From Diadema antillarum (Eukaryota), in the NCBI RefSeq assembly GCF_040938485.1, contig NW_027271795.1, forward strand, positions 1,674,001 to 1,734,787: DNA of 60,787 bases, written 5' to 3'. A program made the position numbers and the translations under genes. This document shows, piece after piece, positions 25,048 through 37,340 of this stretch. The number at the start of each line of letters is the position of its first letter. Position 1 is the stretch's first letter. The notes under the pieces are model-generated. The model made no database searches. It worked only from the letters and a program-made list of their open reading frames with translations, and was not told where the DNA came from.

Positions 25048-26283
25048 CTTCGTTGCTCGTAGGTTAAAAGTGGTTGTAAATGGAAAAGAAGGGAGGGGTC
25101 TCGAAGGTTAAACTTTTCGCCTTCAAAGTCTTATAACCAAGCATCTGAGATGAAGCCACATCGCCGTAAAATGATGACGTTGGTCCAGTACCCACGCCTC
25201 GCCACTCTTTCTTCCTCCCTGGTTTCTTTTGAATGGTTCATTAGTATCAAAGAAGACATACTGTATAAAGAAGACATATAAAGGGGAATATATAGTATTC
25301 TCTAATTTATTTTCGCATGCAGCGAGTGTGCAATTGTAGAACCGACAGGTTCAGATCCCGGGCTATTATAGTTCCTTATACTTTTATATCAATGTATTTT
25401 AATGCATCAAATAATAAAGGTTACGATCAAAAGTCGATACTGTCAATAAAATTATCGGCGTTATTATTATTTTGATTATTACTATCTTAACAATTATCAT
25501 TACTATCATTTTGTCATTGCTGGTTATTATTAGTGTCTCTACTATATACTATAGTATTACTATTATTATCATTACTACTGCACTTAATTTGTCTTCATAG
25601 TGTGTAAAGATAACGTTAAGAGCGGTGGCATATCATTCATAGCAGTATCATTGCCGCTTGACATTTTGTTCCTCTTTTAGAAATAACGGAAGATATGGGA
25701 TCAATTTGGTTTCGACAAATGACAGTAGCCCTAATTATCGGTAAGCACCTCAAGTTTGTATCATCTTGAAGTAATTAGCCATGACTGATGAGACAATCTT
25801 ACGACGATTTCATCTGAAATGTTGCAAACGACGGTGATCTTTCGTTGTGGCTACCATCAACAAACATAGCTGTTATAGGTAACAGTCAGTTAGGGGTCAG
25901 AAAATAGGTTTTTGCCATCGAATCAACGATATATTTATACTAAAATCAGACTTAATGAACATTCACAAATACTAAGAACACCTTCTGTATCGTGAGAAAA
26001 GACTGCTTATCGAACATCTAAGTGGTACTAATCATATCGTCCCTTTCTATGTGATATTCGTGCCATCGTTTCGATATGGCAGCGCAATTAAGGTTCATTA
26101 AGTTCGCTTCCAAGACGGCCAGTCGAGGTGATGCAAAATCTGCAGTCATGACACATCGTGCGGTTTCTGTACACTCCCCCCCCCCCAAAAAAAAAAAAGA
26201 AAAAAACGCCATCAAAACAATTATATAGGAATGATATATAGTTGTACGTGAACCTACGAAGAGGATGAAAAGGAGGAAAATGT

Positions 26284-26343
26284 GGAGGAGGTGGTGGTGG
26301 AGGAGGAGGAGGAAGAGGAGGAGGAGGAGGAGGAGGAGGAGGA
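26284..26343. repeat. (GGA)n/(GGT)n purine-rich trinucleotide repeat
   Basis: Direct reading. It explains the poly-Pro and poly-Leu pseudo-ORFs. Confidence 0.95.
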
Positions 26344-26926
26344 AAAGAACGCGCACTCTCGTTAGTATCACGTCGCCTTCTTGACAAACCTCTACGTCTA
26401 GAAGTGTAGTTTCTCCTACAGACAACCCTTATCATGATTGATTATCCCATTGGAGAATTGCGTCGCTATGACAACGAGCGGGAGAAACTCTATGATGTAC
26501 GTGCTTGCGACCTCCCACACTTCATTTCTCCGACTGTGACAATGGTCTGAAAACAAAAACAAAAAAAAAAAATCGAACAACAAACACTAAATAAATTTCA
26601 TTAGTTCCCGCATCCAGCCAAATTAGAAGTTTCCGTGAAAGAAATTTCTTGTCAACATCACAATTATAAATGATATTTTCCTTCCTGCGAACGAAACACA
26701 TATACAGAACAATACGATTGCTTGAAATTACGTTATGACTCCACGAACAGGCATTTCTACTGCGTCGTAAGAAGTTGGCCTTTTTCCTTATCTGTTGTGG
26801 AGAAAACATTCCATGACATGCAGTGTCTTTACTACTGACTTCACAGTGTTTCATTCACAACTCTATACCTCTACAAATAGATTACTCTATTATGACTGCT
26901 TCCTTTTTTTCACTGCGAATCAACAG

Positions 26927-27074
26927 NNNNNNNNNNNNNNNNNNNNNNNNNNNNNNNNNNNNNNNNNNNNNNNNNNNNNNNNNNNNNNNNNNNNNNNNNN
27001 NNNNNNNNNNNNNNNNNNNNNNNNNNNNNNNNNNNNNNNNNNNNNNNNNNNNNNNNNNNNNNNNNNNNNNNNNN
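26927..27074. other. Assembly gap (148 N)
   Basis: Run of n. Confidence 1.
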
Positions 27075-29057
27075 GAGAGTAGCAAATGGTCGTATTATGA
27101 TGACAGCATGATTCAAGGGGAGCCGAACGTTTTAACCAAGGTGTGTGTCTGTATGTGTGTGTGTGTGTGGGGGGGGGGGGGTTAGTGCTCGTGGTCACGG
27201 GTCAATGCTCCCACTTCCCCAACCCCTCCCCCTTCAGTTCGATGAGAAAAATGCCTGGGGACAACCCTCAATAATGAGAAATTCATGCATGGGGTTTGAG
27301 CTTTTGTGTATTACCTCATCATTTTCCCTTTTTTAATAGCCCAAATAACGTGTGTGTGTGTGTGGGGGGGGGGGGGGTTGCAGCTAGCCCCCTTTCGCTG
27401 CTGATGTGATCTATAGTGCTTAAATTGTGTGCGTGTGTGTGTGTGTGTGTTTGTGTGTGAGGGGAAATTAAGCTTTGATATTGCTCCGCAAAGGCATCAT
27501 CCTCACTATAAAATGGAAAATTAAACCTGCACGGGAAAGAGAAAGCTGTGCTTTCGCTTTATACCAAAGAAAAAAAAAGCTTTTAGTGAATAGAGGACGA
27601 CGTCTTCTCGGGAAACAATGCAAGCCGGATAATTGGCAACGCTGATAGGCTCGGTGGCTGGATACTTCAATAACAATTACCGCCTCCCGATTTGACGTTG
27701 GTCGGTATAAAACCCAACAAGGCTACCCCCATTTTGTTTACCAGCACATTAACGTTAATCATGGTTTGATGCACACGCATACCGAGTAAGGATTGCCGTC
27801 TTCATTCCTTTATTAATTCATGAAGCTGATGTTGTTGCTTCTGCCAGAATTGTTTCTTGTGAAAAAAATAAGACACATACGACCTACACAAATATACAGG
27901 TTAGGTCTTCATGATCTGTAAATCCAAACAAGATAAAGAGAAAAATCAAGTACAGGTGTAATCAATTTGTGGAACATTACATAGAAAGTACTGATCTCCA
28001 TGCTTCTTGCATAGATCTCAAGCGTCTCAAGAAAATTAAGCTGCACTGTGATAGTGATGTTTTTAGGCTTATATCTCGTGGGAACAAAAAAAAAAGAAAC
28101 TAATGAAAGACTTGAAGTGAGACTACTGAGGATGCAATCTGTACGAAAGTTACTATAGAACCGAACAGAAATCCCACACGATGGAATTTCACCAGCTGCC
28201 TAAAGATATCGATTAATAGGGACTCCACGATCCTAGTGTTACATCGTTCCAGTTCGAAAAGCAGCACAACTTGTACGGGGAGAGCAATGGGGAAATTAAA
28301 ACAAGATGACCCTTACGAATGAAAAAGAGAAGAAACTCTAAACTTCCGTGGAAGATAATTGCGCAGCCACGGTAATTTACCTCAAACGGCAACGAATGGA
28401 ATCGGATGCTGATGTTGTGTACACTAGTATATTGGATGGCACGCTGCGAAAAAAAAAGACACTCAGTACAAAAGAAATAAGAAAGACACTTCATTTTAAG
28501 ACTCACAGTAGTCATGTTCAACGAAAAGGGTGCTATCGGTCCATCACGATAATGTGCGAATGGAAAAGTGGTTAGTGACACTATTGCATCCCACGTCTCC
28601 CCTTTGTTTTCACTTGAATCTCCAATCAATGTCTTGTGATCGAAACAACTTTAAACAGAACGAGTATAATGTACTAATTGTCATCAAATCAGTCGTTACG
28701 ATACAGAGCTGCTATAGTAATGGCTATCTTAAAAGGGGTTGCTACTTTTCACATTGCAAAATGTTCTTTTTGCTTCAATATAAACCTAGACGTGAAAATG
28801 TACCACTCAACACTGCTCAATGAGAAACCGAAATTCAAAGATTTTATAGCACTTGTCATGTTCTGTTGCTTCTGTTTTTGTTTTGGATTCGTTTATTATT
28901 CTCATCAAAGTAAGTCTTATCATAGAGCGGGGCTATTTCGCTTTAAGTTTGCCATGCGCTTTTGGACTGAAAATATAAACTCAGTTAACTTTCGGCAGTA
29001 GTTGTTTTCTTGTTTTCCCAGCTGGCCTCAAAACGCTTCGTCACAGTATGTGATCTT

Positions 29058-29256
29058 NNNNNNNNNNNNNNNNNNNNNNNNNNNNNNNNNNNNNNNNNNN
29101 NNNNNNNNNNNNNNNNNNNNNNNNNNNNNNNNNNNNNNNNNNNNNNNNNNNNNNNNNNNNNNNNNNNNNNNNNNNNNNNNNNNNNNNNNNNNNNNNNNNN
29201 NNNNNNNNNNNNNNNNNNNNNNNNNNNNNNNNNNNNNNNNNNNNNNNNNNNNNNNN
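29058..29256. other. Assembly gap (199 N)
   Basis: Run of n. Confidence 1.
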
Positions 29257-32200
29257 ATCAGCATGCTGAAAAGCTGCAGGACATTCTAATTACCATCTCT
29301 CTCTCTTTCTGTTTTTCTCTCTATCTGTCTTGAGCACGGGAAAATGTTGCCTCAGTATGAAGGGTGATATTTATGACATTATTACCATCGTGACTCGTGA
29401 CTTGAGAAACTATGATGACGGGCTAATATTTCATGAGCGAGAAACATCATTACACAGGTGCAGATGGGCGAAACACGCGCTGCCTTCGGCAAGGCTATAA
29501 CATCCATGTCGCAACGATGGGTCTTCAGGAAATTACAAGACAGGTGCATATACTGCACGAGCTAGAACAGTCATTTCAAGAGTTATAGACCTGCGGAAAA
29601 CGTACTTTCTTTATCAGCAATCAAAGGGCAACACCGGTTGATTTTTTGATAAGACGAAGTCTCATAATCTGTATGACGCATATGATTTCTATCACGACGT
29701 TGCGTCCAACAGTGAATATAGGAGGTCTTTTTTTTTTTGGCATTATCACCACACGTAACATGAGAATGGGACGGCATGTTCAACCCGATTGATAAGTGAT
29801 AATGAATAATTGTATACAACCGAATCAAATGCATTGACAGAAAAAGAAGAAAATAAATGGAATTAAATTGTTATGAATTCAGTCCGTCGGTCGATAGGCA
29901 AGTCAAATGACAAATGGCATGGAACTCACAAAAATTACAGGGAAGCACTCTTCAAAATAATTGGAAAACTGCCTCCAAGTTTCTGTAAAATGGCCGATGT
30001 TAGAGAGTAAACACGACACGTGAATGTTATCACTGATAATTTTCTTGTCCGTGCGGAAAAAAATAAAGCAGTAAATGTATTTTCACAATGCACAAACGTG
30101 AACTTACTTTGTATATGCCATGTCTCCGCAGAATAATGAACGATGATATGATCAACTGTATAGAATACGGATGTTTGTCGCATAACCACTAAAATGGGAA
30201 AAGATCATTTTCGGGTGTCTCTCGAAGCCATTCTGTACAGCAGAGACTCGCAGATATCAGGATGTACTGTATTCTGAATGAGCAGAAGGGGATTTGACGA
30301 TTTCTCTTTCTCAGCCCAGTTATCTTATATCTACACATATAGCACGCGATTAGATTTGCGTAAGGAGCTAAGTAACTTACCATTTCTGGGAATCGGCGGA
30401 GACTATGCGAATTTCAGAATGCCAGTACAACGAAGGTATACCAACGAGGCATTCACATCTAACCTAGATGTGCTCATCCTGTCGAGTTGAAACCACTGCC
30501 AAGTTATGGGCTGAAACGCAGGGCGTCGCCATCCTATATGAGGGAAGCCGAGGAATTATAGCATACACCACTTGTTTCTCCTACACTGATTGTCTTCCTG
30601 ACAAACTACAGGCCATGTTCTCCCTCTCCTCTCGCACGATTGCTGACAGGATTTAATTTTCACTATACCGCGCTAGGTAATCCTCAGAAAGAGCATAAAG
30701 CCCGCCAACTTTTCGTGCTTAGTCGTCGACAACTTGAAAACCACCAATGGATTTCGTCAGCTGCGCAGAAGACACTGATCTTGTCGCAAAACAACGGAGA
30801 CTGGAAAGAGAGAAAGTCGAATGTGAGAGGACAGAATACGAAGGGGGGGGGGGAGATAGAAGGCGGATGAGGAGAGAGAGAAAAGGATGATATATATACA
30901 TAGGGCGGGGGACGCGGTGTTGTCACATACCACGAGGTAAAGAAGTGGCTCTCTTTTCCACGACTTGTCTGCCTTCGAGAAAAGGGATGATTGATGAAGA
31001 GTCGTTCTTGCCATTTCCCCTTGCCGTCAATGAGAAGGCACTGGGGGGTCAATGATTGTGATGGCGGGATAGTGACGGGTAAATGCTCTCCCATTCATTT
31101 TGTTCTGCGCTACACAATATCAACATCTACAGCTTTACAACATATTTCCTTCTCACATCAAAACGTTATCATGATTTCTCATACAACACAATAACGCACA
31201 CTTACCCCTGGCTAAAAGTTCAGAGTAGGGTTTGGGTTAGATTTGGGATTAGAATTTGGGTTTGGGCTAGGGGAAAGGTCTCGGGTAATTGTCCGCGGTA
31301 ATTAATATAGAATCGTACATATAGATGTACATGTACTGCATATTCATGTATATAACTTTCAAAATATAGTGTCATTGACGGTTTTGTATATTGTATCTGT
31401 GCTTGATAAGAATATTCATCTGTATTGCACTTGTCATCTTCATTAGGAAAAGAGACAAAATAAAATAAAAAGACATATATACTGTGCAATACCATGGCCA
31501 TATACTTACGCATACACACACACGCAAAGAACTTTGCATAACGTATATAGCATTAAACATTACTCATTGCATAAAAGGCTTTACGATGTACTGCATAGGT
31601 TGTTGTCGTTTTTTTTTTTTCAAATTAAGAAACTCCTTCACTCAACCACAATCACGAGCTCCAGACAAGTGTAATTCTAAACCACCACGATCTTATCACT
31701 CTTTCATGCGAAGGTTTAGGCAAAATCTGAACAACTTATCCTTGGTGGAGGAAGAAGTGACGTGTCGTAAAAGGAGAAACATTAAAGAGTCCTCATTCAG
31801 GAAAACTGAGGATAAGATGGCAGTAATTATGGCACAACCATTCCGCCCTAAGTCATCAATAAAGATCACACTCAGATTTCCTGTTGGAGTTTATACAAAG
31901 ACAAGATGTTGACGGGAATATAGTAGCTCAATTATTTATCTCGTGCAGTCGTTATTGAATGATTATGATATTATAGTTTATAGCATGCTACAGTGCACCA
32001 GGCCTTTGCGAAAGTTATCTGTAACTAGCTTCTAATAGTAACATAGAGAAAGGAAACACAAATGTATGAAAATGAGGATGTAGAACGCATCGACTTCTAA
32101 AACATGTGGCGGGAATGCTAACGTAACACACGATCAACTACCTGGCCCAGCAGTATCCACTTAGCATGCTCAGTGCTATACGTGACCGCTGCATTATAAT

Positions 32201-33218
32201 AATTATGGTGGACTCGATTACAAATCATGGTCTTTTCTCCATGGGCATGATAAAAAAAATCAATGCATTAAGAACAAAAAATAAAACAGAACAAAAGTGA
32301 ATCAAAGATGACAAGATAAGAATAGATTGTTAGCTAGAAGACTGAAGAAAGAGGACGGGGATAATAGGACAGTAAACGGACAAGGACACGGACAGGGAAG
32401 GAATAATATATTGATGATTACGGTATAAAGAAAATAATGACGAGGATGACGATTATAATGATGATGGTATAATAATTACTATCATCATTATTATCACTAT
32501 AACAATCACAGTTAGGAGAAGAGAAATGTTTTGAAGAAAGAATGGTGAACAATGCAACACACATTGATACGTTGGTGAGGAAAACAAAACGCAAAAAACA
32601 TTCCAAAGAAATCCTTATATAGGCAGCAAGCTTTTTACCTGAATTTATGTGTCGAATTTTGCATGATTTTTTTTTTTTTACGATTGAGAAATACAAAATT
32701 CATTAAAAACAAAAAACAAAAAGGCAGCGGGCAAACTCACTTTAATGCAATCTGCGTTTGTATTCTAATTTGTCAATTTCATGATGTTTACATTTTTTAC
32801 CAATGACAAATCAGCGGGACAAAAGTCAGCTTGAAGAAGACAAAAAAAAAAAAAAAGGAATACGCATGGGTCTGAACTAAATTAGGAGTCAGTGAGGTGA
32901 CGACTGGCCCCTACAGACCTCATTATTCATATTCTTTTCTTTGAAGCGAAGATGTTATTAAGCCGTCAGTGCATAATTATGGTCACACTGTTCCCGTGTT
33001 ACCACACGTGCCTTCCGTGAAACTTATTATCTTCAGGACACATCGGATATTCACTATTGTCATTGGTCTATACATTTCATTTGGATTCGAGATTTAACTT
33101 TTTAATGATTACTTATCTGTTTCTTCTTTTTTTTTGTCTTTTCAAGATAGTCTTCCTTTTTTTCTGATCAATCCGAGAAAAATTTGGCGTCCGTGAGGAT
33201 ACACACAAACACACACAC

Positions 33219-33254
<36 letters not shown>

Positions 33255-33339
33255 GCTCCACGTATTGGCAGTACTAGAAATAGCAATAATAGTGTCACAA
33301 CAGTGGAATGCATTAAATGCCAATCTTGATTTTGATGGA

Positions 33340-33381
33340 TAATCCGAATTTTCGAGGATCCTTCCTCTTCATCAGGGATGA
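33340..33381 (-). ncRNA. Mirror-image identical hammerhead ribozyme motif on the minus strand
   Basis: Exact reverse complement of 33440-33481. Confidence 0.65.
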
Positions 33382-33439
33382 CAGTGCGAATTTTCACAGT
33401 GATATCACTGTGAAAATATCACTGTGAAAATTCGCACTG

Positions 33440-33481
33440 TCATCCCTGATGAAGAGGAAGGATCCTCGAAAATTCGGATTA
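33440..33481 (+). ncRNA. Candidate minimal type I hammerhead ribozyme (Penelope-type)
   Basis: tcatcc-CTGATGA-a-gagga-agga-tcctc-GAAA-at-TC-ggatta. This gives the catalytic core, a 5-bp helix II, a palindromic AATT helix III and helix I tcatcc/ggatta. Confidence 0.65.
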
Positions 33482-33537
33482 TTCATTAAATTCAAGATTG
33501 GCATTTAATGCATTCCACTGTTGTGACATTATTATTG

Positions 33538-33593
<56 letters not shown>

Positions 33594-33910
33594 CATACAT
33601 ATATCTCAGAAAAAACAAAAACAGTCATTATTACAGGTTGAGATATGCCACAAGCAGGCAACCATTTCCGATATATGAGATATAGCCTTGTTCATGTATC
33701 TCCGTTTCCTTCCAGACTGTTATTGAAATATATTATTCACGATTTATGTAAGCTGGCAAGGACAATACTTTGGAAAGACTTCTTCTCTTCCGCCTCACCC
33801 CTCCTCCTTTTTCTTGTTCTAGTCATTGTCATTAATATCACTAGTATGATTATCATCGTCATCATCATTCTTATCGTCATTACTTGTATGTTTTTATTAC
33901 TTTCTATTGA

Positions 33911-34190
33911 ATTATCATTTTAAACTTGTTGTGGGTTAACCAGTAAATCATCAATTCAAATTCGTAAAAAATGGAAAGGGAAATTAAAAGACAAGGTGTT
34001 ACAGACCTCCCTGGTACGCAATATTCATCATGATTTATTTTGTTCCATCACAAAGATTATCAATTTAAACGTGCTGTGGGTTCAGAAATCTTCAATTCAT
34101 GTTGGACAGGAACAGAAAAGGGAATTAAAATGACAAGGGATTGCAGACTTTCTTCAAAATTCATCATATTTGTTTCATCACAAAATCTTT
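33911..34190. repeat. Diverged tandem duplication, unit about 145 bp
   Basis: attatca.tttaaac.tg.tgtgggtt at 33911 and 34056. The downstream aaagggaa.ttaaaa.gacaagg and ttcatca...catcacaaa are also duplicated. Confidence 0.75.
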
Positions 34191-35401
34191 GCTAGGCAAT
34201 TTCACGATTATCATGGGACTTACCCAGCATTGCAATAACGAATGAGGACGGAACAAATTTCAGTCTTCGGGGGAAATTGGATGGTGGAATGAGTAAACGA
34301 TTTTGAAATTAGTGAATCACTTCATGATTACTGAATGCAAACAGTCACTATATAGTTACAATTTGTTTGCAATCACTGCTGGTGCCTTGGGGTTGGTGCT
34401 ACTGACACTATCATCGATATTATCACTACCATCGTTATAGTTACCATCCACCTTACTGGTATACAAAACTCGTGGGAATGGAAAAGGGCCAGCGTCGTGC
34501 CGCCCATACGACGTTTTATATACCAGTGGCGGATCCACATATTTTGTTGACTATTTCATTCTTTAAAAATATTTCCTGCATCAATTGGTATGCCTAGGAT
34601 GTGAATTTGTTTTCAAACGATTAATGGTTGTACTGAAAGTGTCAATTGCTTATTTTTAATATGCACATTCAAGTGAATGTTTATGATTGGTACAATAGTT
34701 ATGTGTTGAACGAAATGAAAAAAAAAAAGACCATTGAAAAAAAAATACATGTACCCGTTTTCACATCAGAACAACCTATTTTGATGTATTTGCCATATGA
34801 ACTTTGCAAAGAAACACAATTTCAAACTGGTACATGTATGAAGTTTGCAAATAAGCCAAGTCTGCTGTAGGTATACTCTACAAACATTATTATTGGCTTG
34901 TCAGTTCAAAAAGGTATACATAGGCGAATATCTATAGAACAATAAAGGGCACCTGTTCTAAGTATTTCAGGTAGTAGGAGTGTATTTCAATGAGGTATGA
35001 ACTGGAAGTCATTGTTGGGCTTGCAGTTGTCCCAAACAAACTTAGGAAAATCTGGAAGCACAATATTACTATCTGCCCACGGCATGTGACTTCTTCGGCA
35101 AAACGTAAATCAAAAGCAACAGATTTACCGAGCGTTCAAGGTCGACAAGACGCACAGCGATTGCGGTAAACTCTCGCCAAACACGCAGGCTCGTACGTCG
35201 TGCGTGAGTCCAGTCGACAAGCACCTGTGATTGCGGAGAAATCGGCGCCCACAAAATGCCTTGTTGACCTTTTCCGAAGAAACAGCAGCGAGCAGGTATT
35301 TTCGATCGTGCAGGGCGTCTCAAATATCAAAACAGCGCGGTATCCCCGGGGGCAATTACTTCGTGTCTGTCTTCATTTGGCAACTTGTCTTCTCCGGTCT
35401 C

Positions 35402-35773
35402 CGTCGAAGGAAGGCAATAATAACAAAATTTCCTCCATTTCATTTGCAACCAGACACCGAAACCCCATGATAAAAGCAGGTCTTCTTCAGTATTGATGGT
35501 ACACCGTTATAAGCGAGCTGACAAGCATATCATATCATTCCATAATCAAGTGCATAATTATGTGCATAAGGAACATCTCACAAAAGTCGTCGAAGGAAGG
35601 CAATAATAACAAAATTTCCTCCATTTCATTTGCAACCAGACACCGAAACCCCATGATAAAAGCAGGTCTTCTTCAGTATTGATGGTACACCGTTATAAGC
35701 GAGCTGACAAGCATATCATATCATTCCATAATCAAGTGCATAATTATGTGCATAAGGAACATCTCACACAAGT
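35402..35773. repeat. Recent 186-bp tandem duplication
   Basis: 35402-35587 and 35588-35773 appear identical except for one base near the unit end (cacaaaagt vs cacacaagt). Confidence 0.95.
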
Positions 35774-36892
35774 CATTTTTGAGTCTCGATATGTATATTT
35801 AAAGGTGAGCTACTGTACAAAGAGCTAATGTTAGATATTAAACACACTGGTTGGACTCAATAGGAAAACATTTTAGTTGATTTCAAAATATCAGGGCAGT
35901 GTCAGTAGTACGTGTTGTGCAATCTGTTGACAAAAAAAAAAACAATTAAAAATGGAAGCAGTTAAATAACATGTTATAATTTCACTAACGTTAGTATTAT
36001 CAGACCCCCCCCCCCCCCCCAAAAAAAAAAAAGTGATTTTGGGCACAATCAATACTGAGACTGAATGAGGTGGTGTCACAATAATACATGTTCCTAACGA
36101 CTTGTGCTTACCTTTTGATAATCTTAAACCCCTCGTCCTTGACTAATGACAAATCTGTGAAGAATACAGCTCTAGGATAAATGCAAAAATTGGTGTGATG
36201 GATACCATAACTTTTTTAAATTTTCAAATGAAATCAAAGAAAATTCATGTGAAGGTAAATTGAAGATGTGATGGAATGACATCATCACCTAATCTCCTTA
36301 TCTCATTTATGTGAATCCAACAGAGTATTAGTCGCTGAGCAGAAATAAAGTTAATTAACCCAGAAGTACCAATCACTTTCAGCAATATTTCTAATGAATT
36401 TTCACAATTCATCTGTTTATTTTGCAATATCAATTTAGTCGACATCATTCAAAAATATTCACAATTCATTAATGTACAAATATGTTTGAAATAAATTATA
36501 CATAATAAAGCTTTAATCAATACCAATGATATTACATTGTAATAAGGCATATGTATATACAATGTATCAGAAAGGCAAAAAGGGTCATTCTATATGGCCC
36601 ACATTCATTCAAAGTTTATTCCATGGACTGTCACCAGTGTAAAATAAGTGAATCTTTAACAAGCTTTCACATTTGGATGTCTTTTTGCATATGTGATATA
36701 TCATGCACATTTTGCAGTCCAATTTGCATAATCCACAGACTAAATTACACCATCACGTACCATCAAGAATTCCAACCTATGATTCTCAAATGTAACATTG
36801 TTCTGTAATGATTCTAAATACAAGTATGTATGTAAAGTTCATGACTTGTTTATCCTGTTTGGATAAAAAAAAAATAGTTCTCATGTTCAGCA

Positions 36893-37340
36893 TCCCCCCC
36901 CAAAAAAAAAAAAAAAAAAATTAATAAAAAATAAATAAAAAAATAAAAAATGAATGCTAAACTAGCTAAAAACATTGAAATACAAGCTTTGCTAAAAATA
37001 TTACTAGAGATGACATAATTCAATCACCATTGGCCCATGGAATTGTCTTAGAAGAGTAATAAGGCCTTTCCCACAGAAAACATGCTTTCATCACTCACTC
37101 CCCCCCCCCAAAAAAAAAAATAATAATAATAATGATTAAAAAAAAATGAATGGCATACTTGCTAAAAGCATTGAATACAAGCTTTGCTAAAAATATCAAT
37201 AGAGATGACATAATTAAATCACCATTGGCCCATGGAATTGTCTTAGAAGAGTAATAAGGCCTTTCACACAGAAAACATGCTCACCACTCATCCCCCCCCC
37301 AAAAAAAAAAAAAAAAATCAAATAGAATAAAAGTAAGAAT
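36893..37340. repeat. Tandem repeat, about 2.3 units of about 196 bp, each headed by a C(n)A(n) tract
   Basis: caccattggcccatggaattgtcttagaagagtaataaggcctttc occurs twice, about 195 bp apart. Confidence 0.9.

Larger units (their letters stand above)
33281..33540. repeat. 260-bp near-perfect palindrome (125-bp arms, 4 mismatches) flanked by (TA)n at 33219-33251 and 33539-33587; probable Penelope-like element relic
   Basis: 33281-33405 is the reverse complement of 33416-33540. Confidence 0.95.

Noticed and set aside
26018-26435. Poly-Pro and poly-Leu ORFs
   Set aside because: Translations of the (GGA)n microsatellite.
35455-35495. CTGAAGA on the minus strand (duplicated at 35641-35681) as a possible second hammerhead core
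   Set aside because: No downstream GAAA or helix II on that strand.
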